DNA of 64,000 nt from a virus. The position numbers were made by a program, and so were the translations under genes. This document shows, in pieces, positions 18,694 through 28,737 of this stretch; position 1 is the stretch's first letter, and the number at the start of each line of letters is the position of its first letter. The notes beneath the pieces were generated by a model. The model saw only the letters and a program-made list of their open reading frames with translations, searched no databases and was not told the DNA's origin. The DNA lies in the IMG/VR virus record IMGVR_UViG_3300017917_005108, positions 98,498-162,497 of that record; one strand, 5' to 3'.

Positions 18694-19546
18694 ATTAGTT
18701 ATAGTAAGGGATGATTCTGCTGTTGGCTTAGGATCAACAATATTAAGAGTTTTACATCATTTATACTATCTAAAGCCTAATACTATTGCTTATTATGAAA
18801 TGCAAAACAAATTATATTCAAATTTTGGTAATACATGGAACAAATTTTTAATACAGCCTTTTGAAGATAAAAAAAATATAATAAAAGAAAAGTTTAATAA
18901 TAACGATTATGAGCTAACGACAAGCTGGGGCAATGGTGAAAAATTTTTCTTAAGTTACGGTAAAGATCAAAAAAAAGATCAATTTACTAATGTAGAATTA
19001 GTAACACCGGTAAGAGATGTTTTTAAAAAATACATTAAGGTAAAACCGTTTATCTACGATATTGCAAAAACGTTTTATCAAAAAAATTTGAATGAAAAAA
19101 AAGTATTATCTGTTCATATAAGAGGTACAGATATGTTTAATAGCCATGCGTCCGGACAACTACATTTAATGGATTATAAAAAATATATTAAGCCTTCTGT
19201 AGAAGAAGCACTTAGTAAAGATAATTATGACTGTATTTTTTTGGCTACCGATAATGCAGAAACAGTTAATAATTTTAAATGTGATTTTGGTAAAATTTTG
19301 ATTAAAAGAAATACAGATTTAGTCTCAAAAGATAACCCTTATGGTCTACATTATTCTAATATTAATAGCTCTGATGAACAAAAATTTAAACTTGGAGTTG
19401 ATATGCTGGTAGATGCTATTATTATGTCTATGTGTAAGTATAGTCTTTGCGTAAGAAGTAATGTATCTATACTCAATATATTAATGAGAGATAATTTTAA
19501 CTACAATTTTATTGACGATCATATAGATTATGGGAGAGCTGGATAA
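18686..19546 (+). CDS. NodZ/GT23-like fucosyltransferase
   Basis: GLGS, SVHIRGTD, IFLATD, D...MS.C, SNVS. Confidence 0.8.
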   Translation: MNKLVIVRDDSAVGLGSTILRVLHHLYYLKPNTIAYYEMQNKLYSNFGNTWNKFLIQPFEDKKNIIKEKFNNNDYELTTSWGNGEKFFLSYGKDQKKDQFTNVELVTPVRDVFKKYIKVKPFIYDIAKTFYQKNLNEKKVLSVHIRGTDMFNSHASGQLHLMDYKKYIKPSVEEALSKDNYDCIFLATDNAETVNNFKCDFGKILIKRNTDLVSKDNPYGLHYSNINSSDEQKFKLGVDMLVDAIIMSMCKYSLCVRSNVSILNILMRDNFNYNFIDDHIDYGRAG

Positions 19547-20388
19547 TGATTGAAGTAAACTTATTTGACGGTACTTTTGCACATTCAAAAGGAGAAAATG
19601 GGTTTCTTACATCTACTAAAGATCGTAAACCATTAGAAATACAGTATACTGAAAGGTTGCTAGATTACGACGGTGTTACAGTCTTTTGTGATGATTTAAT
19701 GTATAGTGAGTTTCCTGATAAAGTAAAATCAAAATATAAAGTTGCTTGGTGTCTAGAGTCTCCAGCGGTAAAGCCATACATTTCTGCGAGTTTACATGGA
19801 ATAGCAGATAAATTTGACTATATTATCACTTTTAGAGAAGATTTAATTAAACTAAACCCTAAAAAGTTTCTACCTGCTATTGTAGGTGGTACCTGGATAC
19901 CAGAGAGAGATCATTCTCTTTATACAGATCAAAAAACAAAAAAGTGTTCATTACTGCTGTCTGGAAAATCTTTTACTTCAGGTCAATCATTAAGACACCA
20001 AATTGCACATAGTGTTGCAGGTATTGATATTATGGGTGGCGGATCAAAAACAGGTCATATCAAAAACAAACTAGATTCCTTAAAAAATTACAAATATAGT
20101 TTTATTATAGAAAATTGTCAACATTATAATTATTTTACTGAAAAATTAATAGACTGCTTAGTCACTGGTACAGTTCCTATTTATTTTGGTTGTCCTAATA
20201 TTAGTGATCACTTTAATATAAACGGATTTGTAGTTATAAACAATTTTAGAGACCTAGAAAACATAAAATTAACTAATGCTAAATATGAAGAATATAAACC
20301 ATATATTAAAGAGAATTTTGAAAAAGCTAAAAATTATCTTTCATCTGATGATAGTTTAGCTAAAATAATACAGAAATATATTTTATGA
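19546..20388 (+). CDS. Alpha-1,3-fucosyltransferase-like (GT10)
   Basis: ESP, K...LKNYKYSFIIEN....YFTEKLIDC..TGTVPIYFG. Confidence 0.88.
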   Translation: MIEVNLFDGTFAHSKGENGFLTSTKDRKPLEIQYTERLLDYDGVTVFCDDLMYSEFPDKVKSKYKVAWCLESPAVKPYISASLHGIADKFDYIITFREDLIKLNPKKFLPAIVGGTWIPERDHSLYTDQKTKKCSLLLSGKSFTSGQSLRHQIAHSVAGIDIMGGGSKTGHIKNKLDSLKNYKYSFIIENCQHYNYFTEKLIDCLVTGTVPIYFGCPNISDHFNINGFVVINNFRDLENIKLTNAKYEEYKPYIKENFEKAKNYLSSDDSLAKIIQKYIL

Positions 20389-21257
20389 GCCAACTTTCAA
20401 TAATTATTGCCTGTAGAGATGATGATTATGGATATAATATTCTCCATAGATTAGAAAAAGGTATTGAAAGCAATATAAGATTCTTAGAAAAATATAATAT
20501 TTTTTATGAATATGTTATTGTTGACTGGTGTCCTTTTGATAACAAGAAAAACCTATACCAATTAGACCTTTTTAATAAATTTAAAAATAAAAATATAAAA
20601 CATGTTATTGTTGATAAAAACATAATAGAAGCTGAAAAATTAAACCCAAAAGTTTTTTACGAATTTTTTGCTAAAAATGCAGGTATAGTAAACGCAACAG
20701 GTGAGTATCTTTTGTTGACCAATTGCGATATTGTTCTTTCTAATAGCTTAACAAAAGATATAAAAAATGTTATTGAAAGCAAAAATAAAACAAATTTTTA
20801 TAGACCTAAATTTAGATGGAATATGCAGTTTTTAGAAAACGATGAAGTAAGAGTATTGAGAGAATGGAATCTGCCAGAAAATAGTACTATGGATAGAGAA
20901 ATAGTAGGTGCATATTCCGGTGATTTTGTACTCGTAGATAGAAATATTTTTATAGAGAAATGTCAAGGTTACGATGAAGTATTTTATGGTCACAGAGATT
21001 TTTTAAAGTGGCAGACAGGAATGGACAGTGAAGCTTGTTGGAATTTAAAAAATAACAATATAAAATGTATTGTTTTTGATAGCGGATATTATCATATAGA
21101 TCATTCGAATATAATACCTACATCTCCTCATGATATAAAGCTATTAGATGGACATTATAGGGTAGATGTCAAATATACTAATAAGCCAGATTGGGGTTAT
21201 AAAAATTACAATTCTATTAAAATAAATGATAATGTTATAAAATACTTTTCAAAATGA
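20385..21257 (+). CDS. Glycosyltransferase family 2-like
   Basis: LSIIIACRDD, VIVDW, AKNAGI..ATGEY....NCD, GYDE. Confidence 0.8.
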   Translation: MSQLSIIIACRDDDYGYNILHRLEKGIESNIRFLEKYNIFYEYVIVDWCPFDNKKNLYQLDLFNKFKNKNIKHVIVDKNIIEAEKLNPKVFYEFFAKNAGIVNATGEYLLLTNCDIVLSNSLTKDIKNVIESKNKTNFYRPKFRWNMQFLENDEVRVLREWNLPENSTMDREIVGAYSGDFVLVDRNIFIEKCQGYDEVFYGHRDFLKWQTGMDSEACWNLKNNNIKCIVFDSGYYHIDHSNIIPTSPHDIKLLDGHYRVDVKYTNKPDWGYKNYNSIKINDNVIKYFSK

Positions 21258-22045
21258 AAAAAGTATTGAGTTTTTGTTTGTGGGGTGACAAGGAAAAATA
21301 TAAAGTAGGTTTAAAAGAAAATTTAAAATTAAAAGAATTATTTTATCCGGAATGGGAGTTTTGGCTTTATGTCCCAGAAGCTTATGATCTTTCCTTTTTA
21401 GGAAATGATATTTCTCAAATAGTAGTAAAGAAAGTTGCAGATAAGGAATGTTTTTTCTTTTCAATTTATAGATTTTTACCACCAATAGATCAAAGTGTAG
21501 ATATTTTTCAGGTAAGAGATTTAGATAGTCGACTTACATTGCGAGAAAGGCTTGCAGTAGATCAGTGGATATATTCTGGAAAAGAGCTTCATATAATGAG
21601 AGATCATCCTCATCATACATTTGTAATAAACGCAGGTATGTGGGGAGCTAAGAGTAATAAGTTACGTAATATTGATTCAATGATTAAGAAAATGAATAGA
21701 GTAGAAACTAATTTTTTTATTGATTCAGAGTTTTTGAAATACGATTTATACCCCATCTTTAACAAAGATGAAATTTTTATTCACGATGAAATTTTTGATG
21801 ATGGCAACACTTTTCCAATTAAAAGAAAATATGATGAGTATATAGGGTCACAGTATGATGAAAATAATATTTCAAATCAACAGAATGCTAGCTTACTATT
21901 AGGCTATTGCGATGCAAAAGAAAATACAATAAGAAATAATTTATTGAACAACCAGCACTATATTGAAGGTATTAATACTTTTAGATCATACACAGGCATG
22001 CCTAATAAGAATATGCTTGTTTATAGAAGTATGGTAAGATCTTAA
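21254..22045 (+). CDS. Putative glycan-modifying protein (GT-A-like)
   Basis: KKVLSFCLWG, RF, RDLDSR, MRDHP.H, AGMWG; lies within the glycosyltransferase cluster. Confidence 0.6.
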   Translation: MKKVLSFCLWGDKEKYKVGLKENLKLKELFYPEWEFWLYVPEAYDLSFLGNDISQIVVKKVADKECFFFSIYRFLPPIDQSVDIFQVRDLDSRLTLRERLAVDQWIYSGKELHIMRDHPHHTFVINAGMWGAKSNKLRNIDSMIKKMNRVETNFFIDSEFLKYDLYPIFNKDEIFIHDEIFDDGNTFPIKRKYDEYIGSQYDENNISNQQNASLLLGYCDAKENTIRNNLLNNQHYIEGINTFRSYTGMPNKNMLVYRSMVRS

Positions 22046-22698
22046 AGATAGCAAAATAACTGTGGCCAAGTAAACTCCATTCCACCGTCTTTTGTACTGC
22101 AATTATCTACTTTATTTCTATCTTTAAAGTTTTCTATTAAATCCTTATAAACACTCCTAGGCCATTTTTTAATAATATCTTTATGAACACAAAACTGTGC
22201 GTTTATAAAAGCTTCATGGTTTCTCTTATCAATTTCTAACCCTGTAGCTTTCCTTATTACAGAGTTTGCATCTAACCCAGCAGCTTGATTAATATCATAA
22301 CAACCAAAAGGGTGCTGTCCATTTCTATAGACGTTATGAGCACTCTGTTCCTCAGGGAATCCTGAATAGCATATTTTACATTCAGTTAAAAACATTATCT
22401 CAGGTAAATATTTTGAATTTACAAATGATAAAAAGTCTTTAAAGTGTACAAAAGGATCACCATGCACAAAGATTTCAAACGGTCTTAAGTTATCATAATT
22501 TTTAATTATATGAAACAAATAGGTATGACCCTCTCTACCAACATTACATAAGTTTATCTCTTCTCCATTAACATTATAGGAATCATATTCTGCAATATTA
22601 TTATTTTTGTTATATACAATATATTCACATTGAAGCTCTTTTACCCAAGAAATATCTTCTTGATACTTGGAAACAACTACCCTTCTGTTTGCATACAT
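22042..22698 (-). CDS. DUF3431-like putative glycosyltransferase
   Basis: VVSKYQEDISW, NVGREGHTYLFHII.NYD, F.HG.PF.H, AQF.V, E..W. Confidence 0.8.
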   Translation of the reverse strand: MYANRRVVVSKYQEDISWVKELQCEYIVYNKNNNIAEYDSYNVNGEEINLCNVGREGHTYLFHIIKNYDNLRPFEIFVHGDPFVHFKDFLSFVNSKYLPEIMFLTECKICYSGFPEEQSAHNVYRNGQHPFGCYDINQAAGLDANSVIRKATGLEIDKRNHEAFINAQFCVHKDIIKKWPRSVYKDLIENFKDRNKVDNCSTKDGGMEFTWPQLFCYL

Positions 22699-22724
22699 AA
22701 AATAATAATATAATATAATTCAAC

Positions 22725-23714
22725 ATGAAAGCAACAATTGTTGGATGCGGACTGTCTGGAATTACCGCAGCAATAATTTTAAAAAATAAAGGCTATAAAG
22801 TAGAAATTTTTGATACAAGAAATCATATAGGCGGTAATTGTTATGACAGTAATGTATGTGGCACTATAGTACACAATTACGGTCCTCATATTTTTCATAC
22901 TGACGATGAAGAGGTGTTTGCATTTCTCTCAAACTATACAGAGTTTTTTCCATTTGAGTATAAACCATTAGGTGATACAGAGCTTGGTCTTATTTCATTA
23001 CCGTATAGTAAAAAAACTATTAATGAATTAGGCAGAGAACTTACACAGGATGAAATTGTAAAATATATTTTTAAAGACTATTCTGAGAAGCAGTGGGGAG
23101 TACCTTTTGAAAAAATACCAAAATCAATTACAAATAGAATACCCAAAACTAAAGATGATTTAGACCCTACATGGTACGGTAATCAAAAATATCAATGTAT
23201 GCCTAAATTTGGATATACTAAGATGATGGAAAATATGTTAACTGATATCAAAGTAAATTTAGGAGTAGAAGAAAACACATGGAAAAAATATAATTCAGAT
23301 TTAGTAATTTTTACCGGTAAAATAGATCAATATTTTGATTATATTCACGGCTATCTCCCCTATAGATCACTAGAATTTAACCATCACATTACAGATAAAA
23401 AATTAGAAAGAGTAGTAATAAATCAAAATAATATGCGAAACAAATATACAAGAGTTTATGATCATAGCTATTTTACATACAATCATAAAGGAATAACAGT
23501 TGTAACCAAAGAGTATCCTGTGCAACATAATAATACAAATATACCTTTCTATCCAATTCCTTTTGGAGAAGGTGACAGCATATATAATAATCTATATAAA
23601 CCCCTTGGTGAAAAAGAAAAAAATGTAATATTTTTAGGAAGATTGGCAACTTACAAATATTTGGATATGTGGATGGCTATAAAACAAGTCTTTTTAAGAC
23701 TAAAAAATATTTGA
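22725..23714 (+). CDS. glf: UDP-galactopyranose mutase
   Basis: GCGLSG FAD motif, HIGGNCYD, H.YGPHIFHT, KQWG, LPYRSL, PFYP, GRLATYKYLDM. Confidence 0.95.
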   Translation: MKATIVGCGLSGITAAIILKNKGYKVEIFDTRNHIGGNCYDSNVCGTIVHNYGPHIFHTDDEEVFAFLSNYTEFFPFEYKPLGDTELGLISLPYSKKTINELGRELTQDEIVKYIFKDYSEKQWGVPFEKIPKSITNRIPKTKDDLDPTWYGNQKYQCMPKFGYTKMMENMLTDIKVNLGVEENTWKKYNSDLVIFTGKIDQYFDYIHGYLPYRSLEFNHHITDKKLERVVINQNNMRNKYTRVYDHSYFTYNHKGITVVTKEYPVQHNNTNIPFYPIPFGEGDSIYNNLYKPLGEKEKNVIFLGRLATYKYLDMWMAIKQVFLRLKNI

Positions 23715-23738
23715 TATTTTTATTTTTCATTATATAAT
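23711..23738 (+). promoter_or_regulatory. Sigma70-like promoter
   Basis: TTGATA-N16-TATAAT, 6 nt before ATG 23745. Confidence 0.55.
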
Positions 23739-23744
23739 ACACAC

Positions 23745-24329
23745 ATGATTATAGAGCAAAAAGTTTATGATGGTAAGCTAATACATAGTAGATTTGCATA
23801 CAAATTTTTTAAAGATAAGACTCTTCCTATTGGAAATATTGTAGCATTTAGAGCTCCGATGCACGTTGAATTGGATGGTATGATTGATTCTGAAGATTTA
23901 ATTAATAATGATTTTATCTATAGCGACGATGCAATTAATTTTTGCTGGGAAATTCCTTACCTCGATGCATTTGGTGCTGTAGCTTGGCAAAGGCTATTCA
24001 ATACACAAATAGCGCATGTGTTAGGCAACAAATATCTAAAAGCTCCTATTGAAGTAGATGGTGATGATCTAATTGTACATAAAGAGCATGCACAGGGTGG
24101 TGTCACTCAAAAGAAAGGTAAGTGCAGTGTGAGTATTACATATTCAAAAAACAATGTAACGCTCGGTCATACAGGAATTAATATTAATGCTGGTAAAAAA
24201 GCTCCTGCTTTTGCTTACTCTACTAATTTAACAGAAGAGCAGGCAAAAGAATTTATGAAAGATATTATTGACATATTTTATACTCTTAACGATGATATTT
24301 TTATTGCTACTTCAAAAGTAATTTGCTAA
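23745..24329 (+). CDS. DUF366-like protein (class II aaRS/biotin-ligase-like fold)
   Basis: YDG..IH, IVAFR.PM.V, MID.ED, GDDL, K.SVSI, H.GINI motifs. Confidence 0.7.
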   Translation: MIIEQKVYDGKLIHSRFAYKFFKDKTLPIGNIVAFRAPMHVELDGMIDSEDLINNDFIYSDDAINFCWEIPYLDAFGAVAWQRLFNTQIAHVLGNKYLKAPIEVDGDDLIVHKEHAQGGVTQKKGKCSVSITYSKNNVTLGHTGININAGKKAPAFAYSTNLTEEQAKEFMKDIIDIFYTLNDDIFIATSKVIC

Positions 24330-24697
24330 TGTCTATTTTTGACTTTTTAAAAGATCTTCTTTTTTTTAAGAGTAAAAGAAGTTTATCAAACATTGATAGT
24401 GAGAGCAGCTTCTCGCCATATATGGTTAATAGATGGGCAAGTATGTATTCAAATACTGTAGCGCTTTATAGTAATATATTAAACAAATATCTTATGTTTA
24501 GTCCAAATAAAGAAGATTTGTTTGGGCTTTTTCTTGCAGTTTTACCTAGAGTGCCGCAAAGAAAAATTACTTATTATAAAAAAAATAAAGAAGAAAAAAG
24601 TGATAATGATGAAAATATAGTACTTTTAGCTAAATCGTTAGAGCTTTCTACAAAAGAAATAGAAAAGTATATTGATACGTTGAAATGTAATAAATAA
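24329..24697 (+). CDS. Clamp-loader small subunit-like protein (T4 gp62-like)
   Basis: FD....L...K, FSPYMVNRWASM, ..LAK...S.KE...Y pattern. Confidence 0.6.
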   Translation: MSIFDFLKDLLFFKSKRSLSNIDSESSFSPYMVNRWASMYSNTVALYSNILNKYLMFSPNKEDLFGLFLAVLPRVPQRKITYYKKNKEEKSDNDENIVLLAKSLELSTKEIEKYIDTLKCNK

Positions 24698-24712
24698 AAG
24701 CTAATTATTATT

Positions 24713-25156
24713 ATGCCTGCTGATATAGACCTCCTACCTACACAAAAAAGTTTAATTGATTTATCTGAATTACCTAAGAATTCATTTAACTCTATGTTCA
24801 CCGGATATAACCTTAAGAAGCTCTTAGATGATGTTATGCTTGTTAAGTTTGTTGATGAAACAGATGATGGTAAGTCTATCATGAGAAATGGTATTGTAGT
24901 ACCAATTAATGCTGATACACGTGCATGGAGAATCGGTGAAGTTATTCTTGCAGGTCCAAATGTTAAACATACAGCGATTGGTGATTATGTTTGCTTTCCT
25001 AATAATCTTGGCATACCTGTTGCTAATATAGATGTTGATGGATACGGTACTCTAATTAAGGGTATTTTTCTAAATGAGCAAAGAATATTTGGAATATGCT
25101 CTGTAAGTAAACAAAAAGAAACTATAGCTGCGAACGTCCTCAAGAAGAAAAAATAA
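24713..25156 (+). CDS. GroES-like co-chaperonin
   Basis: D.MLVK...GIVVP...GEVILAGP......GD.V.F...LNE..IFG. Confidence 0.75.
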   Translation: MPADIDLLPTQKSLIDLSELPKNSFNSMFTGYNLKKLLDDVMLVKFVDETDDGKSIMRNGIVVPINADTRAWRIGEVILAGPNVKHTAIGDYVCFPNNLGIPVANIDVDGYGTLIKGIFLNEQRIFGICSVSKQKETIAANVLKKKK

Positions 25157-25159
25157 TAA

Positions 25160-25537
25160 ATGAAGGTGTCTTTGTCTACTTTAAAGACAATTCTTCTTAC
25201 TAACGTAGCAGAAATAAAATTTTTTCGTAAACGCCCTAAACCTGGATTTCCCCCTACAAGACGAATGCTATGTACTAATAGTTTTCCTCTTCTTAATAGC
25301 CCTGAAGGTAGAATAGCACTAAACTTTAGACCAGCAAAATCTTTTCCAACCTTTAATACAGTAGAAAGAAATGTATTAATTGTGTGGGATATTTTTATGC
25401 AAAATTTTAGGTGTGTCAATATGGCTGCTTGTAATTTAGTATCTGTAATACCTGCCAACAAAGAATTTTGGAAATACTTTAATCAAAAATTAGCTAGACT
25501 TTCAACAGCACAAAAAATAAATTTTATGAACAAATGA
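25160..25537 (+). CDS. WYL/SH3-like (DUF2693-like) protein
   Basis: IKF.K...RRMLCT...VWDI....FR pattern. Confidence 0.55.
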   Translation: MKVSLSTLKTILLTNVAEIKFFRKRPKPGFPPTRRMLCTNSFPLLNSPEGRIALNFRPAKSFPTFNTVERNVLIVWDIFMQNFRCVNMAACNLVSVIPANKEFWKYFNQKLARLSTAQKINFMNK

Positions 25538-25881
25538 TATCACCAGAAATAATAGAAAATGAAGTTTCAAAGAACCTTCAAAAAAAGGTAGACTTTGTTA
25601 TTGAAAAAAAAGTCATTAAATCTGGCAAAATACTTTTATTTAGTATAAAAGATTTTTACTGTAACTTTCTTTTATATGTAGAGGAAAAAAAGAAAAAAGT
25701 TTTGTTTGAAATTCCTTATCCATATAGCTACCAGCAGACAGATTCTGGATTAATATTTGATTATACTATTGATACTTTTTTTAAGAATAACCCTCATATG
25801 CCTGAATGCATGAGTATGTTTAGAGGTACAAAGACTTCCAAACTTTTTAATAAAAAGCTTATATTAAAAATTTACATTTAA
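25534..25881 (+). CDS. Hypothetical protein
   Basis: ATGA-coupled ORF in operon. Confidence 0.6.
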   Translation: MISPEIIENEVSKNLQKKVDFVIEKKVIKSGKILLFSIKDFYCNFLLYVEEKKKKVLFEIPYPYSYQQTDSGLIFDYTIDTFFKNNPHMPECMSMFRGTKTSKLFNKKLILKIYI

Positions 25882-25910
25882 AAGGTACAAATAGGTTATA
25901 TAATATATTT

Positions 25911-27542
25911 GTGTTTAGCCGTTATTTAAATCATTTTCCTAAAGACTATAGTCCCTCAGAACAGCAAACAAAACTAATCAAAAGTGTTGAAAGAGCTTTT
26001 AATAGAGGAAAGAAATTTGTTATAGCTTGTGCACCAACAGGATCAGGAAAAAGCTTTCTATCAAAGACATTATCTGGACTAGGTCAAAAGCCATCAACAG
26101 AATTTAAAACGCTTATTGAAACATATAAAGCATACAAGCAGGATTATACCGGAAATTATATAAATGAAGTCGACTGTTTAAAGCAACCTCCATTCGGGAC
26201 ATTTGCTCTTACTATAACCAAATCTTTACAAGACCAGTATCTATCACTCTTTCCAGATACAGACTTATTAAAAGGTAAAACAAATTATGTATGTAATGTA
26301 GATCAAAATTTTGATGTAGAAACAGCTCCTTGTCTGTTTATAAGCTCTTTAAAAGATGAATGCTGCAGTCAAAAAAAATGCTTATACTATAATGCAAGAA
26401 ATACTGCACTCTTATCTCAATTTTCAGTTCTAAACTATAAGATGTTTCTTTCTCTCCCAAAGCATTTAAAAAGAAAAAATTTTATTATATGTGACGAAGC
26501 ATCAGAATTAGAAGAAGAACTCGTTAAACAATTCTCAGCTGAAGTTAACTATGACAAGTTAAAAAATTATGGTATTGTTTGTAGACAGCTGACTACAGAA
26601 AGTTATGAAAAAATTAGAAACTGGATGTATGATCTTCTTCTCAGCATAGGCGAAAAAACAAACACACTTATAGTAAAAGCTAGTAAAAAACAAAATATGC
26701 TATCACAACCAGATAGAATAAAATTATTATACCTTAAAAACCTATCTAATTCTCTAACCATGATAGATACATTGTGGAAAGAATGTGAATTTATAATTGA
26801 TAAAGATTTAAAACGTGCAGTCTTTACTCCTTTAAAGGCAGATAAAATATCAAAACATATATTTGATTATGCTGATAATGTCTTACTAATGTCAGCAACT
26901 ATTATTGATCATAAAAACTTTGCAAAATCTCTTGGTATAACAGATTATGAATATGTTGAAGTTGAGAGTGAATTTAACCCAGAAAGATCTCCAATTTATG
27001 TTTCTTCAAAGCATAAACTAAATTATAAAAATTACAAAGTAATTTTACCAGAGATTGCTACACAAATAAAAAGCTTAACAGAAATGCATAAGAACGACAA
27101 AGGCATTATACATACACATAGTCAAGAGATTACAAATATACTTAAAGATAAGCTAAAGGGCAATAGAAGATTTTTATTTAGAGATGAAACATCTAATAAT
27201 GAAGATATTTTAAAGGAGCATTATAACTCAGATTTTCCTACCATATTAGTTTCACCGTCATTATCATATGGTGTCGATCTTAAAGACGACTTAGCAAGAT
27301 TTCAAATTATTGTAAAGCTCCCCTATCCACCTCTTTCTGTAAAGCGTGTTAAAAAGCTGTTTGATATTGATAAAGACTGGTATGAGAATAAAATGCTTAA
27401 TACATTAGTACAAGCATGTGGGAGAGCAACAAGAAGTAAAAATGATTTTTCTACTACGTATATACTTGATGGAAATGTAGTAAACGTTTTAAAAAGAACA
27501 AAAAATAAGCTTCCTGCATCATTCATTGAAAGAATCGTTTAA
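25911..27542 (+). CDS. DinG/Rad3-like SF2 helicase
   Basis: APTGSGKS, LQDQY, KGK.NY.C, Cys cluster, DEAS, MSAT, GVD, K.PYP, QACGR..R. Confidence 0.9.
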   Translation: MFSRYLNHFPKDYSPSEQQTKLIKSVERAFNRGKKFVIACAPTGSGKSFLSKTLSGLGQKPSTEFKTLIETYKAYKQDYTGNYINEVDCLKQPPFGTFALTITKSLQDQYLSLFPDTDLLKGKTNYVCNVDQNFDVETAPCLFISSLKDECCSQKKCLYYNARNTALLSQFSVLNYKMFLSLPKHLKRKNFIICDEASELEEELVKQFSAEVNYDKLKNYGIVCRQLTTESYEKIRNWMYDLLLSIGEKTNTLIVKASKKQNMLSQPDRIKLLYLKNLSNSLTMIDTLWKECEFIIDKDLKRAVFTPLKADKISKHIFDYADNVLLMSATIIDHKNFAKSLGITDYEYVEVESEFNPERSPIYVSSKHKLNYKNYKVILPEIATQIKSLTEMHKNDKGIIHTHSQEITNILKDKLKGNRRFLFRDETSNNEDILKEHYNSDFPTILVSPSLSYGVDLKDDLARFQIIVKLPYPPLSVKRVKKLFDIDKDWYENKMLNTLVQACGRATRSKNDFSTTYILDGNVVNVLKRTKNKLPASFIERIV

Positions 27543-27553
27543 TAAATAATAAA

Positions 27554-28360
27554 GTGAAGAACATTACTTTTCACTTTGAAGTAAAAGACCTGCTTACACA
27601 GTTTGTTGCCGCATTTGACAACATTATTATAAAGAGATATGACAGTAATAGGGTGCCACAAAACCTATTGCAAGTAAGATATGTGTACTCTCCAAAACAA
27701 AGAGTTATTTTTGATCTAGTAAACAAGGCTCAAAATATCACTGTACCAGTAGTAGCAGTCAGTATTTCAAATATTAGCAGAGATGAGTCAAGAGTTTTTA
27801 ATAAAATTTCTGGCTATTACTATTCACAAGCAACATCAGATATTTCTGCTAAAACTAAGAGTACTCATTTTAATAGTCCAGTGCCTGTCAATATAACCGT
27901 TAACATGTCAATTTTAGCTAAGTTTCAATCTGACATGGATCAAATTATTAGTAATTTTATCCCCTACAGCAATCCTTATATTATTCTTTCCTGGAAAGTA
28001 CCTGAGGGTCTTTTTCCCGAAGGCTCTTCTTACCCGCAAGAAATAAGAAGTGAAGTTCTTTGGGATGGTAATATTGCTATGAGTTATCCTACAGATATTA
28101 CAGCAAATGAAAAATATAGAATAGCTGGAGATACAACCTTTACAATAAAAGGATGGCTGTTTACTGCTGTTGATCAAAGCGCTGGAAATATATTTTATAT
28201 AGATAACAACTTTACAGCAGCCTCGGTTCTCTCTAATAGCTTAACACTATCTACATTTAGCCCCCCGCTGTCTACAGGCGTAATTAGTGATACAGAGTAT
28301 GTAGGTGTATCTGGATTTCCTCAACTTACCAATGCTGACTATACGTTTCAACAGATATGA
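27554..28360 (+). CDS. gp15: Tail terminator/sheath stabiliser (T4 gp15-like)
   Basis: QF..AFDNI.I.R, V.Y.Y.PKQ, PVPVNI, D.DQI...F.PY.NP, FTIKGWLF. Confidence 0.85.
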   Translation: MKNITFHFEVKDLLTQFVAAFDNIIIKRYDSNRVPQNLLQVRYVYSPKQRVIFDLVNKAQNITVPVVAVSISNISRDESRVFNKISGYYYSQATSDISAKTKSTHFNSPVPVNITVNMSILAKFQSDMDQIISNFIPYSNPYIILSWKVPEGLFPEGSSYPQEIRSEVLWDGNIAMSYPTDITANEKYRIAGDTTFTIKGWLFTAVDQSAGNIFYIDNNFTAASVLSNSLTLSTFSPPLSTGVISDTEYVGVSGFPQLTNADYTFQQI

Positions 28361-28692
28361 ACTATATAACACTTTCACCTGCTAATACCGCTTTTATATC
28401 TTTAGAAGGATATTTTTATGATAAAACAATATTTGTATATCTTAGCAGTGTAAACAATTCAATTTTTCCGTATGTATGTGCGGTAAATTTATTTCCTAAT
28501 AATTCAGAATTATATGCAAGCTTTCCAACTATAACAGGTTATCCCTATTATAACTATACAATTGTAAATTACAATTATCTTAAAATTGCTGTTTCAGATA
28601 TACCTCAACCTGGTATATATGATTTAATAGTAGGTAATAATGCAGGCTATACTACACTATCAATAAAGGGATTTCTACTATCAGCTACATAA
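28357..28692 (+). CDS. Hypothetical structural protein (Ig-like pattern)
   Basis: Beta-rich, G.YDLIV.N.AG ending; coupled to gp15. Confidence 0.5.
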   Translation: MNYITLSPANTAFISLEGYFYDKTIFVYLSSVNNSIFPYVCAVNLFPNNSELYASFPTITGYPYYNYTIVNYNYLKIAVSDIPQPGIYDLIVGNNAGYTTLSIKGFLLSAT

Positions 28693-28737
28693 AATGCTAG
28701 ATATTTAAATACTTTAATATATCATAAATAATACTAT

